Notes under the pieces: model-generated
Told to the model about the DNA's origin: nothing
What the model saw: only the letters and a program-made list of their open reading frames with translations
The model's database searches: none
Program-made: the position numbers and the translations under genes
In this document: piece after piece, positions 39,283 to 48,841 of the stretch
Position numbering within the stretch: position 1 is the stretch's first letter
Layout of the letters: every line of letters begins with the position of its first letter
Source: Bacteroidia bacterium
GTDB lineage: Bacteria; Bacteroidota; Bacteroidia; B-17B0; Aurantibacillaceae
Reading direction: 5' to 3'
Assembly: GCA_026003255.1 (NCBI GenBank)
Contig: BPGX01000008.1
Span: 5,266 to 69,265 of the forward strand
Length of the DNA: 64,000 nucleotides

Positions 39283-40880
39283 CTGACTTGTAACTTTTAG
39301 TGCGGTGTAAAAAGTTTATTTATGATTTCGCTTAAATTTTTTGGAATCGGTGTAGATATATTAAACTTTTTTTCGTTCATCTTATCATAAATCTCTCCAT
39401 CTAATACTCTCCTACTCTCCTGTACAAATCTCTTAATGCTTACCCCTGTTTTTAATTCAATATGCTTGGAAATCGCTAATGCTATAAAACAAATCAATAT
39501 ATGAAGTTGTATCGGCTCTTCTTTATAGTGATATATCGGTCTTGTCTTTATGTCGCTTTTTGATATCCTAAATGCTTGCTCTATTCTGTATAACTCATGA
39601 TATCTTTCTATTATCATCCTATCATCTGCCACAGATGAATCTAAACTCGTATAATATCCTTTTATCCCAAGTAATTGTTTCGTCTTTTGTATAAGTTCTT
39701 CGTTCAACTCAACCTTTGATTCTGTCATTTTAATAAACTTTATTCTCTTCTTCTTATGAGGATTTTCAAGTATATCTTTTGCTTTTTGAATTTGTTGTTC
39801 CATTTCATATTTGTCCTTGTGATATCTGGGTGTAGAATAACTACAAATTAAATCCCCTTTATCTGTTTTTATTCTAATACTATGCCCATTTATTCTTTCT
39901 AACTCTTTATCTATCTTATCTATTAACCACTTCGGTAAATTACCCAATCTCGCTCCTACAATATAATCTATCTTATGCTTTTGAAGTTCTTCTATATTGG
40001 ATTTGCTTATCATCCCTGCATCGGCAACAATAGTAACAGAAGAAATATTATGCTTTTGCATAAATCTTTTTACAACAGGAATAAGTGTATGACCTTCAAA
40101 TGTATTCCCAGAAAATATATCATAACAAATCGGAAAGCCATCTTGGGTAACCATTAAAGCAACCAATATCTGTGGTTGATGCATTTTATTGTCTTTTGAA
40201 AAGCCATTTGCCCGCAATTTATCTTCTTCAAATGTTTCAAAATACAATGTAGTAACATCATAAAACAAAAGATTAAAACTACATTGATAATGTTGTTTTA
40301 CAAATTCCAATACTTTTCTTTCAGTAATGTTTTTTAACTGATAATGTTGGGGCACCAGTTTATAATAATTTTTACGAACATGTTGAATACCAAAATAATC
40401 TTCTATAAGGCGAATAGATTGCAATTTAGATGCAGGTTCAAATACTCTGATGGTAGCCAAATCATTTAATAAATCAGGCAATACATTTAAGCCCATTAAA
40501 TGAAGTATCTTGTTGATAGTGTTGTAGAAAAAACGATACTTAACCCCCAGAAAATTACAATTATCTAATGATACCAAAAGTGTAGATGGTTGTGGAAATA
40601 AAGAGAGTTGATGAGAATGCTTTTGAATCCATTGCTGAGCGAGATGTATCATTTGTTTAAGTTCTGCCTCCGAATGAGCAGAGCCAATGTGTTTGAGAAC
40701 GATGCGTTTGTTATTACGATAAGTTACAACTTGAACTGCTTTTGCATGAGAAGCCGTTGAAACCACTCTAACCTTCATAAAAAAAATGCTTTAGTGCGGT
40801 AAAAAGCACTAATTTTAAGGAAAAACATACTGAAAATCAAATACTTAAAAAATTAAAAAATAAAATGGGTACAAGTCGGG
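39283..40880 (-). mobile_element. complete IS1634-like insertion sequence (1598 bp)
   Basis: The imperfect terminal inverted repeats are CCTGACTTGTAAC (39283..) and CCCGACTTGTACC (reverse complement of ..40880). It carries a single 493-aa DDE transposase ORF. A second copy is at 1..1529. Confidence 0.85.
39297..40778 (-). CDS. IS1634-family (IS4-superfamily) DDE transposase
   Basis: 493 aa. Candidate DDE residues sit in LLFYDVTTLYFE, IVADAGMIS and the YHELYRIEQAFRISKSDIKTRPIYH (YREK-like) region. The N-terminus (VQVVTYRNNKRIVLKHIGSA) is typical of IS1634-type transposases. Confidence 0.7.
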   Translation of the reverse strand: MKVRVVSTASHAKAVQVVTYRNNKRIVLKHIGSAHSEAELKQMIHLAQQWIQKHSHQLSLFPQPSTLLVSLDNCNFLGVKYRFFYNTINKILHLMGLNVLPDLLNDLATIRVFEPASKLQSIRLIEDYFGIQHVRKNYYKLVPQHYQLKNITERKVLEFVKQHYQCSFNLLFYDVTTLYFETFEEDKLRANGFSKDNKMHQPQILVALMVTQDGFPICYDIFSGNTFEGHTLIPVVKRFMQKHNISSVTIVADAGMISKSNIEELQKHKIDYIVGARLGNLPKWLIDKIDKELERINGHSIRIKTDKGDLICSYSTPRYHKDKYEMEQQIQKAKDILENPHKKKRIKFIKMTESKVELNEELIQKTKQLLGIKGYYTSLDSSVADDRMIIERYHELYRIEQAFRISKSDIKTRPIYHYKEEPIQLHILICFIALAISKHIELKTGVSIKRFVQESRRVLDGEIYDKMNEKKFNISTPIPKNLSEIINKLFTPH

Positions 40881-41304
40881 AGAAATTATTGAAATGCTCA
40901 GACAACGCTCCAGACCTTATTTGTTTAGCAACTCCTTGGCACCACATATTGTGGGGGCATCTATTGCTGTGTTTGATTTATTAAGTGAAACCACTGAGTT
41001 AAGAGATAAACTAGAATGGAATGTCAATTATTTTAAAAAAGGTATTAAATCGATTGGATTAGAAATTAAAGATGGTGAGAGTGCCATTGTTCCCGTTATG
41101 CTGTACGACGCAAAGTTATCTCAAATATTTGCAGATAAGTTGTTAGAAGAAGGCATTTATGTGATTGGATTCTTTTATCCTGTGGTTCCAAAAGGACAAG
41201 CACGAATCAGAGTGCAACTTTCTGCCGCACATGAAAAAGAACATTTAGATAAAGCTATTGCTGCCTTTGAAAAGGTGGGCAAAGAATTAGGTGTTATTAA
41301 GTAA
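40881..41304 (+). pseudogene. duplicated 3' fragment of kbl (no N-terminal two-thirds, no PLP-lysine region)
   Basis: The 136-aa ORF 40894..41304 is identical to the Kbl C-terminus ([11 protein letters not shown]...ELGVIK). Confidence 0.85.
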
Positions 41305-41388
41305 CTTAGAATTCGTTCTTCAATTATCTTCTCGCATCTTTGATATTTTCAAAAGAACTACTGAAAAGCTAAGTTAGTTTTTTATTTC
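40881..41388 (+). repeat. right copy of the 508-bp direct repeat flanking the IS
   Basis: Identical to 38775..39282. The divergence points are at 40880/40881 and 41388/41389. Confidence 0.85.
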
Positions 41389-41405
41389 TAACCCACAAAA
41401 ATCAT

Positions 41406-41413
41406 TACTTTTG
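41406..41413 (+). promoter_or_regulatory. Bacteroidetes -7 box TACTTTTG
   Basis: Matches TAnnTTTG, 15 bp upstream of the ATG at 41429. Confidence 0.35.
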
Positions 41414-41428
41414 TATTAAATAAATTTT

Positions 41429-42037
41429 ATGTTACGGTTGTATGTTTTGTTCTCTTTAATTTGTTTGAAAATGTTTTCACAAGAGGAATTGGAAACTAAA
41501 AAATGGTTTGCATTGGGTATGCGAAGTACTGCAAGCGTTTTTTCTCACGATGGTGTAGGTATAGGCACTGGTGGACAATTTCGTATTCAATTTAATCAAC
41601 GTTTAAACAGCGATTGGTTTGCGGATTACATTACTATTAATATAAACAATAAAGTAAAGAGCGAATATGCTCATATTGGCTGGTCTGTTTTATTTTATCC
41701 TTTCCAGTCCATGTTATATCCTAAAATTTTTCAACCATATATTCTCGCGGGTCATTGTTTTGACTATAATAAAAAAACTTCCATTAAGGGTGCAACGCAA
41801 TATAGGGAGCGATGGGGTTCTGCAGTACAAGCAGGAATCGGTTCTCATTTTAATATTACAAAACGTCTGGATATTTCTTTAATGGCTCAATACATGATAC
41901 ATCTAACTTCTGAAATTACCTTCACAGAAGGTAATTCTGATAACATACAGTTTAATCAATCTTCACCCAATACATTAGAAGGCCATCTGCTTATTACAAT
42001 TAGTGTGAATTATAAAGTATTCGGTTATGGAAAATAA
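41429..42037 (+). CDS. small outer-membrane beta-barrel protein (OMP_b-brl-like)
   Basis: 202 aa with a signal peptide, alternating aromatic/hydrophilic beta-strand pattern and a C-terminal aromatic residue (...YKVFGYGK). Confidence 0.5.
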   Translation: MLRLYVLFSLICLKMFSQEELETKKWFALGMRSTASVFSHDGVGIGTGGQFRIQFNQRLNSDWFADYITININNKVKSEYAHIGWSVLFYPFQSMLYPKIFQPYILAGHCFDYNKKTSIKGATQYRERWGSAVQAGIGSHFNITKRLDISLMAQYMIHLTSEITFTEGNSDNIQFNQSSPNTLEGHLLITISVNYKVFGYGK

Positions 42038-42599
42038 ACACTGTTACATCATTATCATTATTTTATTTTTCTTATTGAAGGTGTCATATTCACAAAGTGA
42101 ATCTTATGTAAAAAAAGGTGTGATCAAATCTACTGCTACAATTAGTTCATCTAAAATTTTGTCCAGAAATTTATCTCCATTTTACATTCATGGCTTATTG
42201 GAGTATTATACAGAAGATAATGTTTCAGTAGCTGGTGAAGGATATTATTATCTTGGTGACTGGGCTGATAGAAACTCTCCATTAGGGTTTCACCATAGTT
42301 TATTTTTTGGTGCTAATTATCATTGGGTAAAAAAGAATAATGATATGTATTTAGGATTTTTACCTGGTATAAGTTTTACCAGAATAAATACTTTTATGAA
42401 TACATTGCAATATAAAAAAGTATCATTCAATCCATTGTTAGGACTCAATATTGGATACAATTATTATGTTGGAAAGTATTTTCATTTTTTTATCCAGAAC
42501 AAGTGGGTATTCGGAGAAAACATTAATCTGCTTCCATTAAATTTAAGTGATTTCAGAATCTCAGCAGGACTGGGATTTAACTTATCTTTATTGAAATAA
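42027..42599 (+). CDS. hypothetical secreted/outer-membrane beta-barrel-like protein
   Basis: 190 aa with a signal peptide and beta-strand-like periodicity. It overlaps the upstream gene by 11 nt, so the two are likely co-transcribed. Confidence 0.4.
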   Translation: MENKHCYIIIIILFFLLKVSYSQSESYVKKGVIKSTATISSSKILSRNLSPFYIHGLLEYYTEDNVSVAGEGYYYLGDWADRNSPLGFHHSLFFGANYHWVKKNNDMYLGFLPGISFTRINTFMNTLQYKKVSFNPLLGLNIGYNYYVGKYFHFFIQNKWVFGENINLLPLNLSDFRISAGLGFNLSLLK

Positions 42600-42600
42600 C

Positions 42601-43644
42601 TTACTCTTTCAAAAAGTAACTATAGTTTTGAAATAATTTTCCAAAAACATAGTACTGAATAAGTGCTGTTTCGGTTTCACTCGTTTCCCACGCAGGGAAT
42701 CTTACAAATAGTAAATCCGGGTCATATTTATAGTCCTTTCCATATTTACTGTTTATTTCAGGAGTGGAGGGTTTATAATAAAAAGAGTAAGTTTTAATAT
42801 GTGGAGGATTTTTGTAAGAAAGCTTCAATTGAGCAAATGGTTGAATCATAGCAATAGAATCCACTAATTTTTTATTCAGATGTGTAATGAGTTTATTAGC
42901 ATTCAAGTTTTGTAAATAAGCAAGGTATTGTTTTACTTTGATAGGTTGCGCATTAATTTTTTGACCATTTCCATTGAATACTACCAATTCATTTGTATTA
43001 ATAATCTCAATTTTGAATGAAGAATCTGGCTTTTCAAAATTTTTATATTCAACATAATTTAGTTCTGGTGGGGTTGCATTAATTACTAAATTACTTCTCC
43101 AATCTTCCGCATTTGTAAAATAACGAACCGTTAAGTATCCAGCAAAGCCCGGAATATGACAGATAAAAGGATCATCATAGTTTTTATCTTCATCTAAATT
43201 AGTCAGCAACATAAATGTTCCTTCGTAATCCTGAGTATTATGCCCTACATAATATTGTTTAATAAGTTTTTTACCAGAATAAATTTTGACCTGTGTAGCA
43301 AAACCAGCCATTGTTCTAAGAACGCCTGCTTTCATAGATTTAGGCACCGGATATTTGACTTCTACCATTCGAATGGTATATAGTAATGTTTGTATAGCAT
43401 CAGGTCTAACTTTGTAAGTATCATTTACATACCATCCTTCTTTTTTTCTCTCAAGTGTAACCGTGTTTCCTTTTTTATCGGATAAAATAATTTTAGTAAT
43501 ACTTGCCGTATCTTCAACTTTAAACCTTTTGGCTTCTTCATTTAATGTTGATGATTTCCCTTTAATGTTTTTAACCCAAAGTGCGATAACCACCAATAAA
43601 GCTAAAATACCTAATAATAAAAGAGTGCCCCAATTTTTTTTCAT
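42601..43644 (-). CDS. DUF4340-like exported protein
   Basis: 347 aa. An N-terminal TM anchor is followed by the F.V.D...I.KI pattern (FKVEDTASITKIILSDKKGNTVTLERKKEGWYVND), as in DUF4340 proteins. Confidence 0.4.
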   Translation of the reverse strand: MKKNWGTLLLLGILALLVVIALWVKNIKGKSSTLNEEAKRFKVEDTASITKIILSDKKGNTVTLERKKEGWYVNDTYKVRPDAIQTLLYTIRMVEVKYPVPKSMKAGVLRTMAGFATQVKIYSGKKLIKQYYVGHNTQDYEGTFMLLTNLDEDKNYDDPFICHIPGFAGYLTVRYFTNAEDWRSNLVINATPPELNYVEYKNFEKPDSSFKIEIINTNELVVFNGNGQKINAQPIKVKQYLAYLQNLNANKLITHLNKKLVDSIAMIQPFAQLKLSYKNPPHIKTYSFYYKPSTPEINSKYGKDYKYDPDLLFVRFPAWETSETETALIQYYVFGKLFQNYSYFLKE

Positions 43645-43653
43645 GGAATAATA

Positions 43654-44709
43654 TTACTTAGTGTTTTTATATTCGGACTTTTGAGAAAATAAAGCATCCC
43701 CAAGGATGTTATACCTTATAGAAATTTCATATCCTCCTGTGCCTTTAGTGGCAATTTTATATGTAGAAATGTTATAATCGTAAGCGATATTTATTGCAAA
43801 TGCTCCCATATCAAACAATAATTGAGCAATAAATGCATCTTTGTTACGATAATAGATTCCAAGCCCAGCTTTAATTTCTTTTTTTTCACCCGTGATTTTC
43901 GTTCCGTTTTTGAAACGATATAAAACGTGTGTTCCTAAATTCAATTCTCTGGCGGGTTGTTGGATTTGATATAAAACATTGGGCATTACGCTGATTGCTG
44001 TACCGCTAATATCAAAAAGACCTGTCGTATGAAAGGTAAAACGCGCGGGCAATCTATAGTCCGAAGCAGTTGTAAAGCTTGTTTTCGGGGCATTGATATG
44101 ATACGCACCTATGCCTAATTTGATTAAAGTTACATAATCTCTTTCTTCACTAATCTTTTTAGTAGAGTATTCGTAAGCCAGACCGGCTCCCACATCTGTG
44201 TAGGTAAATTTTCGAAACGAATAGTATTCACCCGTTGGCAAATTTTCATCAAATTTTTCACCATCAAATTGCTGAGAAAAAAGCAGTTTAGGGTATTTAG
44301 CGTTGTTAGTAGTTGGCCCGCCACACAATCCAATACCGAAAGCAGAATTTTTGGAAAGTTTGACAATACCGCTTACATTAAGTCCGATACTTAAAATTGA
44401 AAAATTGGCAACGCCGGCAACATCATTATACACGGTCAATCCACCTCCCAAAAAAGCATTCCGCTTTTTATTTTTAAAGAAACCACCATCTACCTGTAAT
44501 GCCATGGTTTTGAATGGATTACCCATTGCTGACCATTGATTGCGGTAATTGGCAATCGCTCTGAAATACCCATTAAAAAAACCAGTATAGGCCGGGGAAA
44601 TAAACAAGGGTGATTCTTGTATTTGTGAAAAATGAATATCCTGCGATAAAACTGTATTTTTTGTAGAAATTACTAATACGACTAATAAATAAATGTAAAT
44701 TTTTCTCAT
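43654..44709 (-). CDS. type IX secretion system membrane protein, PorP/SprF family
   Basis: It has the signature QDIHFSQ...SPAYTG...YRNQW. I prefer the start MRKIYIYLL (ATG at 44709, good signal peptide) over 44775. Confidence 0.8.
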   Translation of the reverse strand: MRKIYIYLLVVLVISTKNTVLSQDIHFSQIQESPLFISPAYTGFFNGYFRAIANYRNQWSAMGNPFKTMALQVDGGFFKNKKRNAFLGGGLTVYNDVAGVANFSILSIGLNVSGIVKLSKNSAFGIGLCGGPTTNNAKYPKLLFSQQFDGEKFDENLPTGEYYSFRKFTYTDVGAGLAYEYSTKKISEERDYVTLIKLGIGAYHINAPKTSFTTASDYRLPARFTFHTTGLFDISGTAISVMPNVLYQIQQPARELNLGTHVLYRFKNGTKITGEKKEIKAGLGIYYRNKDAFIAQLLFDMGAFAINIAYDYNISTYKIATKGTGGYEISIRYNILGDALFSQKSEYKNTK

Positions 44710-44889
44710 TATACCCAATAACGCAGTGCAAATATGCATAAAAAATAATATATTAGTAAAAAAATCTTTTTTCATTCCAATTAAAAGAGAAAGTGGGGGG
44801 GGGAATACTATAATTGTAAAATTGTACTAAAATTGGTTTAAACCACTCAAAGTTGAGTTCTCTAAGATAAATAATCTTCCATTATATCA

Positions 44890-46677
44890 TTAGTGGTTAT
44901 TATTTTCTTTAAATAAATCTTGATAAGTGAATTCATTATCTATTTCACCATTTTCTAATTGTATAATTCTATTACAATACTTTAAACTGCTCAATCTATG
45001 TGCTATTAATAAAACTGTAATACCATATCGTTGAGAAGTCTCAAATAATGATTTAATAACCTCTTCCTGTGTATTTTCATCTAAAGCACTTGTTGCTTCG
45101 TCCATTATAATGAGAGAAGCATCCCTATATAATGCTCTGGCTATTACTAATCTTTGCTTTTGACCACCTGACAAAAAACCACCGCTTTCCCCAACCATGG
45201 TATACAATCCATTTGGTAAAGCAGCAACATACTCATCCAGACAAACAGCTTTTAAACATTCCCATACCTTCTTTTCATCAACATTTTTTCTATCTTTACC
45301 AAAAGCCACATTGTCCAGAATATTGCTATTTACTAAAAAAATATCTTGATAAACAAAAGCAATTTTTTGCTGCCACAAATGCAAATTACTTGAATTGACT
45401 TCAACCCCATCAACTAAAATTCTACCAGCATTTGCCGGCAATAACCCTGACAATACATAAACTAATGAGGTTTTACCAGACCCAGATTTCCCAATAATTC
45501 CAATCATTTCTCCTTTTTTTATTTTTAAGGAAATTGATTTTAAGACCAAACCACTATCGCCAGATGAATAGGATAGAGATATACTATCCATAACAATGCT
45601 ATCATTAAACGATAGATTATCAGAAAATTTATCTGAACACATAACATTTTTTGATTCCAATTCTCCTTTTGATTTTTCAAAAACATCTAATATAAATTCA
45701 TATTGTTTTATTAATAACAAACTGGAATTAATACGATTTAAAGAAGGTAACAACCTATACGCAGCAGCTAAATAAATAGCCAATAACATCAGAACTTCAG
45801 ATTTTGACTCATTGAAAAGTATAGCATAAATATATATTAAAACAACTAATGCTAATGCAGACCATTCCAATAATTTTGGGATTATTTGTTGGTATAAATT
45901 TATCCTGATTTGTATTGAATTATATATTTTAATTGAGTCAAGTAACCGTGTAATAAAAAAAGAAGATTTATTTTGCATTTTTATATCTGCAAAGCCAGAA
46001 ATAAGTTCTCGGGAATTATTAAAACTTTTAGTAGCTGCTGTATTAAGGTCAATGCCTAAATGCTGAATTTTTCTTCTAATAAACCAATAAATAACTCCCA
46101 CTACCGGGAAAATTGAAATTACCAAAATAAAGAAAAGCTTATAATTTATACTTATTATACTTAACAAAATTAAAAAAATAACAACCATCTCGGAAATTAT
46201 TATTGTGAGTGGGACTAAAACAAAATTTGAAAACTGTACTGGCAATAAACGAATTTCTTTATCAAGTTCACCTAATGTTGTTCGCTTAATTTCTAAAATA
46301 TTTTTTAGAAAAAAAACTTTGCTCATCTTCTCAGAAAATTCACTTGCCGCTCCTAAACTAACTGAATATTGATATTTCAAAACCATTAGATTAAATAACA
46401 TCCTAAACAAGAAAAGGAGTAAGATAATAAATAATATAAATAGAACAAACATATCTTCATTAGTAAAACGTAAGAACTGAAAAATATTATTCAGAATTTT
46501 ATTAGAATTAATAACTCGTGGGTTAGTAGCAATATAAATTGCAGGAAATATTGAAGACAATGCAATAATATCTATCAAACTATTAGCTATACCTCCAAAA
46601 ATAGAAAAATACAATTTCTTTTTTCTATGCGGCGAAATAATTTTGAAAATCCTTTTATATATATCAATTATACTCAA
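44890..46677 (-). CDS. ABC exporter, fused permease/ATPase (MsbA-like, type I exporter)
   Basis: 595 aa. It has a 6-TM N-terminal domain, Walker A GKSGSGKTS, the signature LSGGQKQR and Walker B IIMDEATSALD. Confidence 0.85.
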   Translation of the reverse strand: MSIIDIYKRIFKIISPHRKKKLYFSIFGGIANSLIDIIALSSIFPAIYIATNPRVINSNKILNNIFQFLRFTNEDMFVLFILFIILLLFLFRMLFNLMVLKYQYSVSLGAASEFSEKMSKVFFLKNILEIKRTTLGELDKEIRLLPVQFSNFVLVPLTIIISEMVVIFLILLSIISINYKLFFILVISIFPVVGVIYWFIRRKIQHLGIDLNTAATKSFNNSRELISGFADIKMQNKSSFFITRLLDSIKIYNSIQIRINLYQQIIPKLLEWSALALVVLIYIYAILFNESKSEVLMLLAIYLAAAYRLLPSLNRINSSLLLIKQYEFILDVFEKSKGELESKNVMCSDKFSDNLSFNDSIVMDSISLSYSSGDSGLVLKSISLKIKKGEMIGIIGKSGSGKTSLVYVLSGLLPANAGRILVDGVEVNSSNLHLWQQKIAFVYQDIFLVNSNILDNVAFGKDRKNVDEKKVWECLKAVCLDEYVAALPNGLYTMVGESGGFLSGGQKQRLVIARALYRDASLIIMDEATSALDENTQEEVIKSLFETSQRYGITVLLIAHRLSSLKYCNRIIQLENGEIDNEFTYQDLFKENNNH

Positions 46678-46710
46678 TACTCAAACTTTTAATTAAACTA
46701 TCCTTTTAAT

Positions 46711-48000
46711 TTACTTCACCTCAAACCTCACCAATTCTGCCTTTTTAGGATTGCTTTTTAATATCTGAATCTTATAGTTTTCTGTTTCTAGCTCTTCATT
46801 CTCCTGCGGTATATGCCCAAATAAATAATTCAAATATCCTCCTACTGTATCATACAAAGGATCTTCCGGAATAGGATGCGGCAATGATTCATTCACTGTA
46901 CTAATATTTGCCATCGCATTAACTACATACTCCGTTTCAGATTTTTTTTCTACCATCGGTTTTTCTTCATCGTGTTCATCCTGAATATCTCCCACTAATT
47001 CTTCAATAATGTCTTCCATCGTTATAATACCCGAAACATTCCCAAACTCATCAATCACTATTGCAAATTGTGTATGTTTTTTTTGCAAATCTCTCAATAC
47101 CTTATTAATCTTTGCATTCTCCGGAACCAGCAATGGCTCTCGCATTAATTGCTTTATACTTTCTCTATTAATGTCCAATTTATTTTCAACTATCAATTTC
47201 AATACATCTTTGGTATGTATTACTCCTAGAATATTATTGATATTTTCTGAATACACAGGCATTCTTGAAAATCCATCTTCTAAAATCTTCTTTAAGATTT
47301 CTTCTTTACTCCAATTAATATCAATCGCAGAAACTCTATCAACCGGCAGCATTATCTGCTTCACAACCCTATCATCAAACTCAAATACATTTTGTATTAA
47401 CTCATATTCCGTTGGCTGAATACTTCCACTCTCTTCACTTTCAGTCAAAATCGCTTTTATCTCCTCTTCACTATGTGCTTCATCGTTCAAGTTCTTTACT
47501 TTAAACAAATTTAGAAAAGCATTTGAAAATCCATTCAAAATCCAGATAAACGGTCTAAATACCCAATAAAATAAATGTAATGGTAATGCTAATAATAACG
47601 CTGCATTTACGGCGTAATGAATACTAATCATTTTTGGAATCTGCTCGCCAAATGTAATATGCATAAAAGTAATGAACGCAAAAGCAATAATAGATGAAAT
47701 ACTATGCAATGTATACGCGCTTATCTCAATGTTAGAAAATACTTGCATAAAAATCGTCGAAACAACTTGCTCTCCAATCCAACCCAGTCCCAAACTTGCC
47801 AAAGTAATGCCCACTTGTGTTGCCGATAGATAAGCATCTAATTTAGAAATGACTTTTTTGGCAATACCGGCTAAATAACTACCTTTGTTGACCAATACCT
47901 CAATCTGCGATGACCTTACTTTTACAAACGCAAATTCTGCTGCAACAAAAAAAGCATTTAATAAAACAAATAATAACGTTAATAATAACCCTCCTAACAT
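46711..48000 (-). CDS. CNNM/TlyC-family protein (DUF21 + CBS pair + CorC_HlyC)
   Basis: 429 aa. It has the N-terminal DUF21 motif (LNAFFVAAEFAFV), CBS domains and a C-terminal CorC_HlyC-like domain. Confidence 0.8.
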   Translation of the reverse strand: MLGGLLLTLLFVLLNAFFVAAEFAFVKVRSSQIEVLVNKGSYLAGIAKKVISKLDAYLSATQVGITLASLGLGWIGEQVVSTIFMQVFSNIEISAYTLHSISSIIAFAFITFMHITFGEQIPKMISIHYAVNAALLLALPLHLFYWVFRPFIWILNGFSNAFLNLFKVKNLNDEAHSEEEIKAILTESEESGSIQPTEYELIQNVFEFDDRVVKQIMLPVDRVSAIDINWSKEEILKKILEDGFSRMPVYSENINNILGVIHTKDVLKLIVENKLDINRESIKQLMREPLLVPENAKINKVLRDLQKKHTQFAIVIDEFGNVSGIITMEDIIEELVGDIQDEHDEEKPMVEKKSETEYVVNAMANISTVNESLPHPIPEDPLYDTVGGYLNYLFGHIPQENEELETENYKIQILKSNPKKAELVRFEVK

Positions 48001-48172
48001 AAATGAATAAACTTATTAATGGTCTTCCTAAATGTTATACAACTTATTAAACATTGATGAAAATAAGATGACACATCATCCTCTACTTCAAATAACAATG
48101 TTACTTTCACAACCTGTCGTCCGTCCATTAAAACTTATTTTTTGACAAAATTACTAAAAAATTTACATTGGA

Positions 48173-48808
48173 TTATGGAATATGAATATACTTATGTGTT
48201 TGCAATGACAACCTCCACTTTGTATTTCTTTGAATATATTGAATAATTTCTGGCAACAATCTCTCTCTCTTACTCCACTCCGGTTGTAAAAACAAATGAC
48301 ATTCGTGTTTTACTTTTTTACTCATCTCTTCTGCAAACAAAAAATCGTGTTTATTATATACAATTACTTTCAACTCATTCGCTTTCCTCAAATTTTCATC
48401 TAAGGGCATTTGCATTTTTTTTGGCGATATACATATCCAATCAAAATAACCCCTTATTTCATAAGCACCTGATGTTTCTAAATAAATCTGAATTTGATTT
48501 TGTTTTAGAATTGATGTAAGTTGAAATAAATTATACTGAGTGGGCTCTCCTCCAGTAATCACTACCGCCTTTGCTTTTTGTTCTACAACATTTCTCACTA
48601 CTTCTTCTACCGCCTTTATTGGATGTACAGCCGCATCCCAACTTTCTTTTACATCACACCAATGACAACCAATATCACACCCTCCAATGCGAATAAAATA
48701 AGCCGGCTTTCCAGTATTAAATCCTTCTCCCTGCAATGAATAAAATTCTTCCATTACAGGCAAGTGCGTCCCCTTATTCACTAAATCTAATTTCTCTAAT
48801 GTATCCAT
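48173..48808 (-). CDS. queE: 7-carboxy-7-deazaguanine synthase (radical SAM)
   Basis: 211 aa. It has SLQGEGFNTGKPAYFIRIGGCDIGCHWCD with the CxxxCxxC cluster. Confidence 0.8.
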   Translation of the reverse strand: MDTLEKLDLVNKGTHLPVMEEFYSLQGEGFNTGKPAYFIRIGGCDIGCHWCDVKESWDAAVHPIKAVEEVVRNVVEQKAKAVVITGGEPTQYNLFQLTSILKQNQIQIYLETSGAYEIRGYFDWICISPKKMQMPLDENLRKANELKVIVYNKHDFLFAEEMSKKVKHECHLFLQPEWSKRERLLPEIIQYIQRNTKWRLSLQTHKYIHIP

Positions 48809-48841
48809 TTTTGCTTGAAAAACAAATTGATTTATTTACCA

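Noticed and set aside
1-40880. Composite transposon bounded by the two identical IS copies
   Set aside because: The intervening 37.7 kb is filled with core housekeeping genes (mutY, recR, mtaB, htrA, polysaccharide and envelope genes) in normal operon organisation. The complete copy has its own flanking direct repeat, which indicates an independent insertion.
40894-41304. 136-aa ORF as an independent gene
   Set aside because: It is an exact duplicate of the kbl C-terminal third, created by the 508-bp repeat flanking the IS. It lacks the PLP-binding region and its own promoter. I therefore treat it as a gene fragment.
48001-48172. Possible riboswitch or sRNA in the 172-bp spacer between queE and the CNNM/TlyC gene (e.g. 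preQ1-type)
   Set aside because: The spacer is downstream of queE, not upstream. I saw no conserved riboswitch core or convincing stem-loops by eye. I cannot support a call without covariance-model searches.
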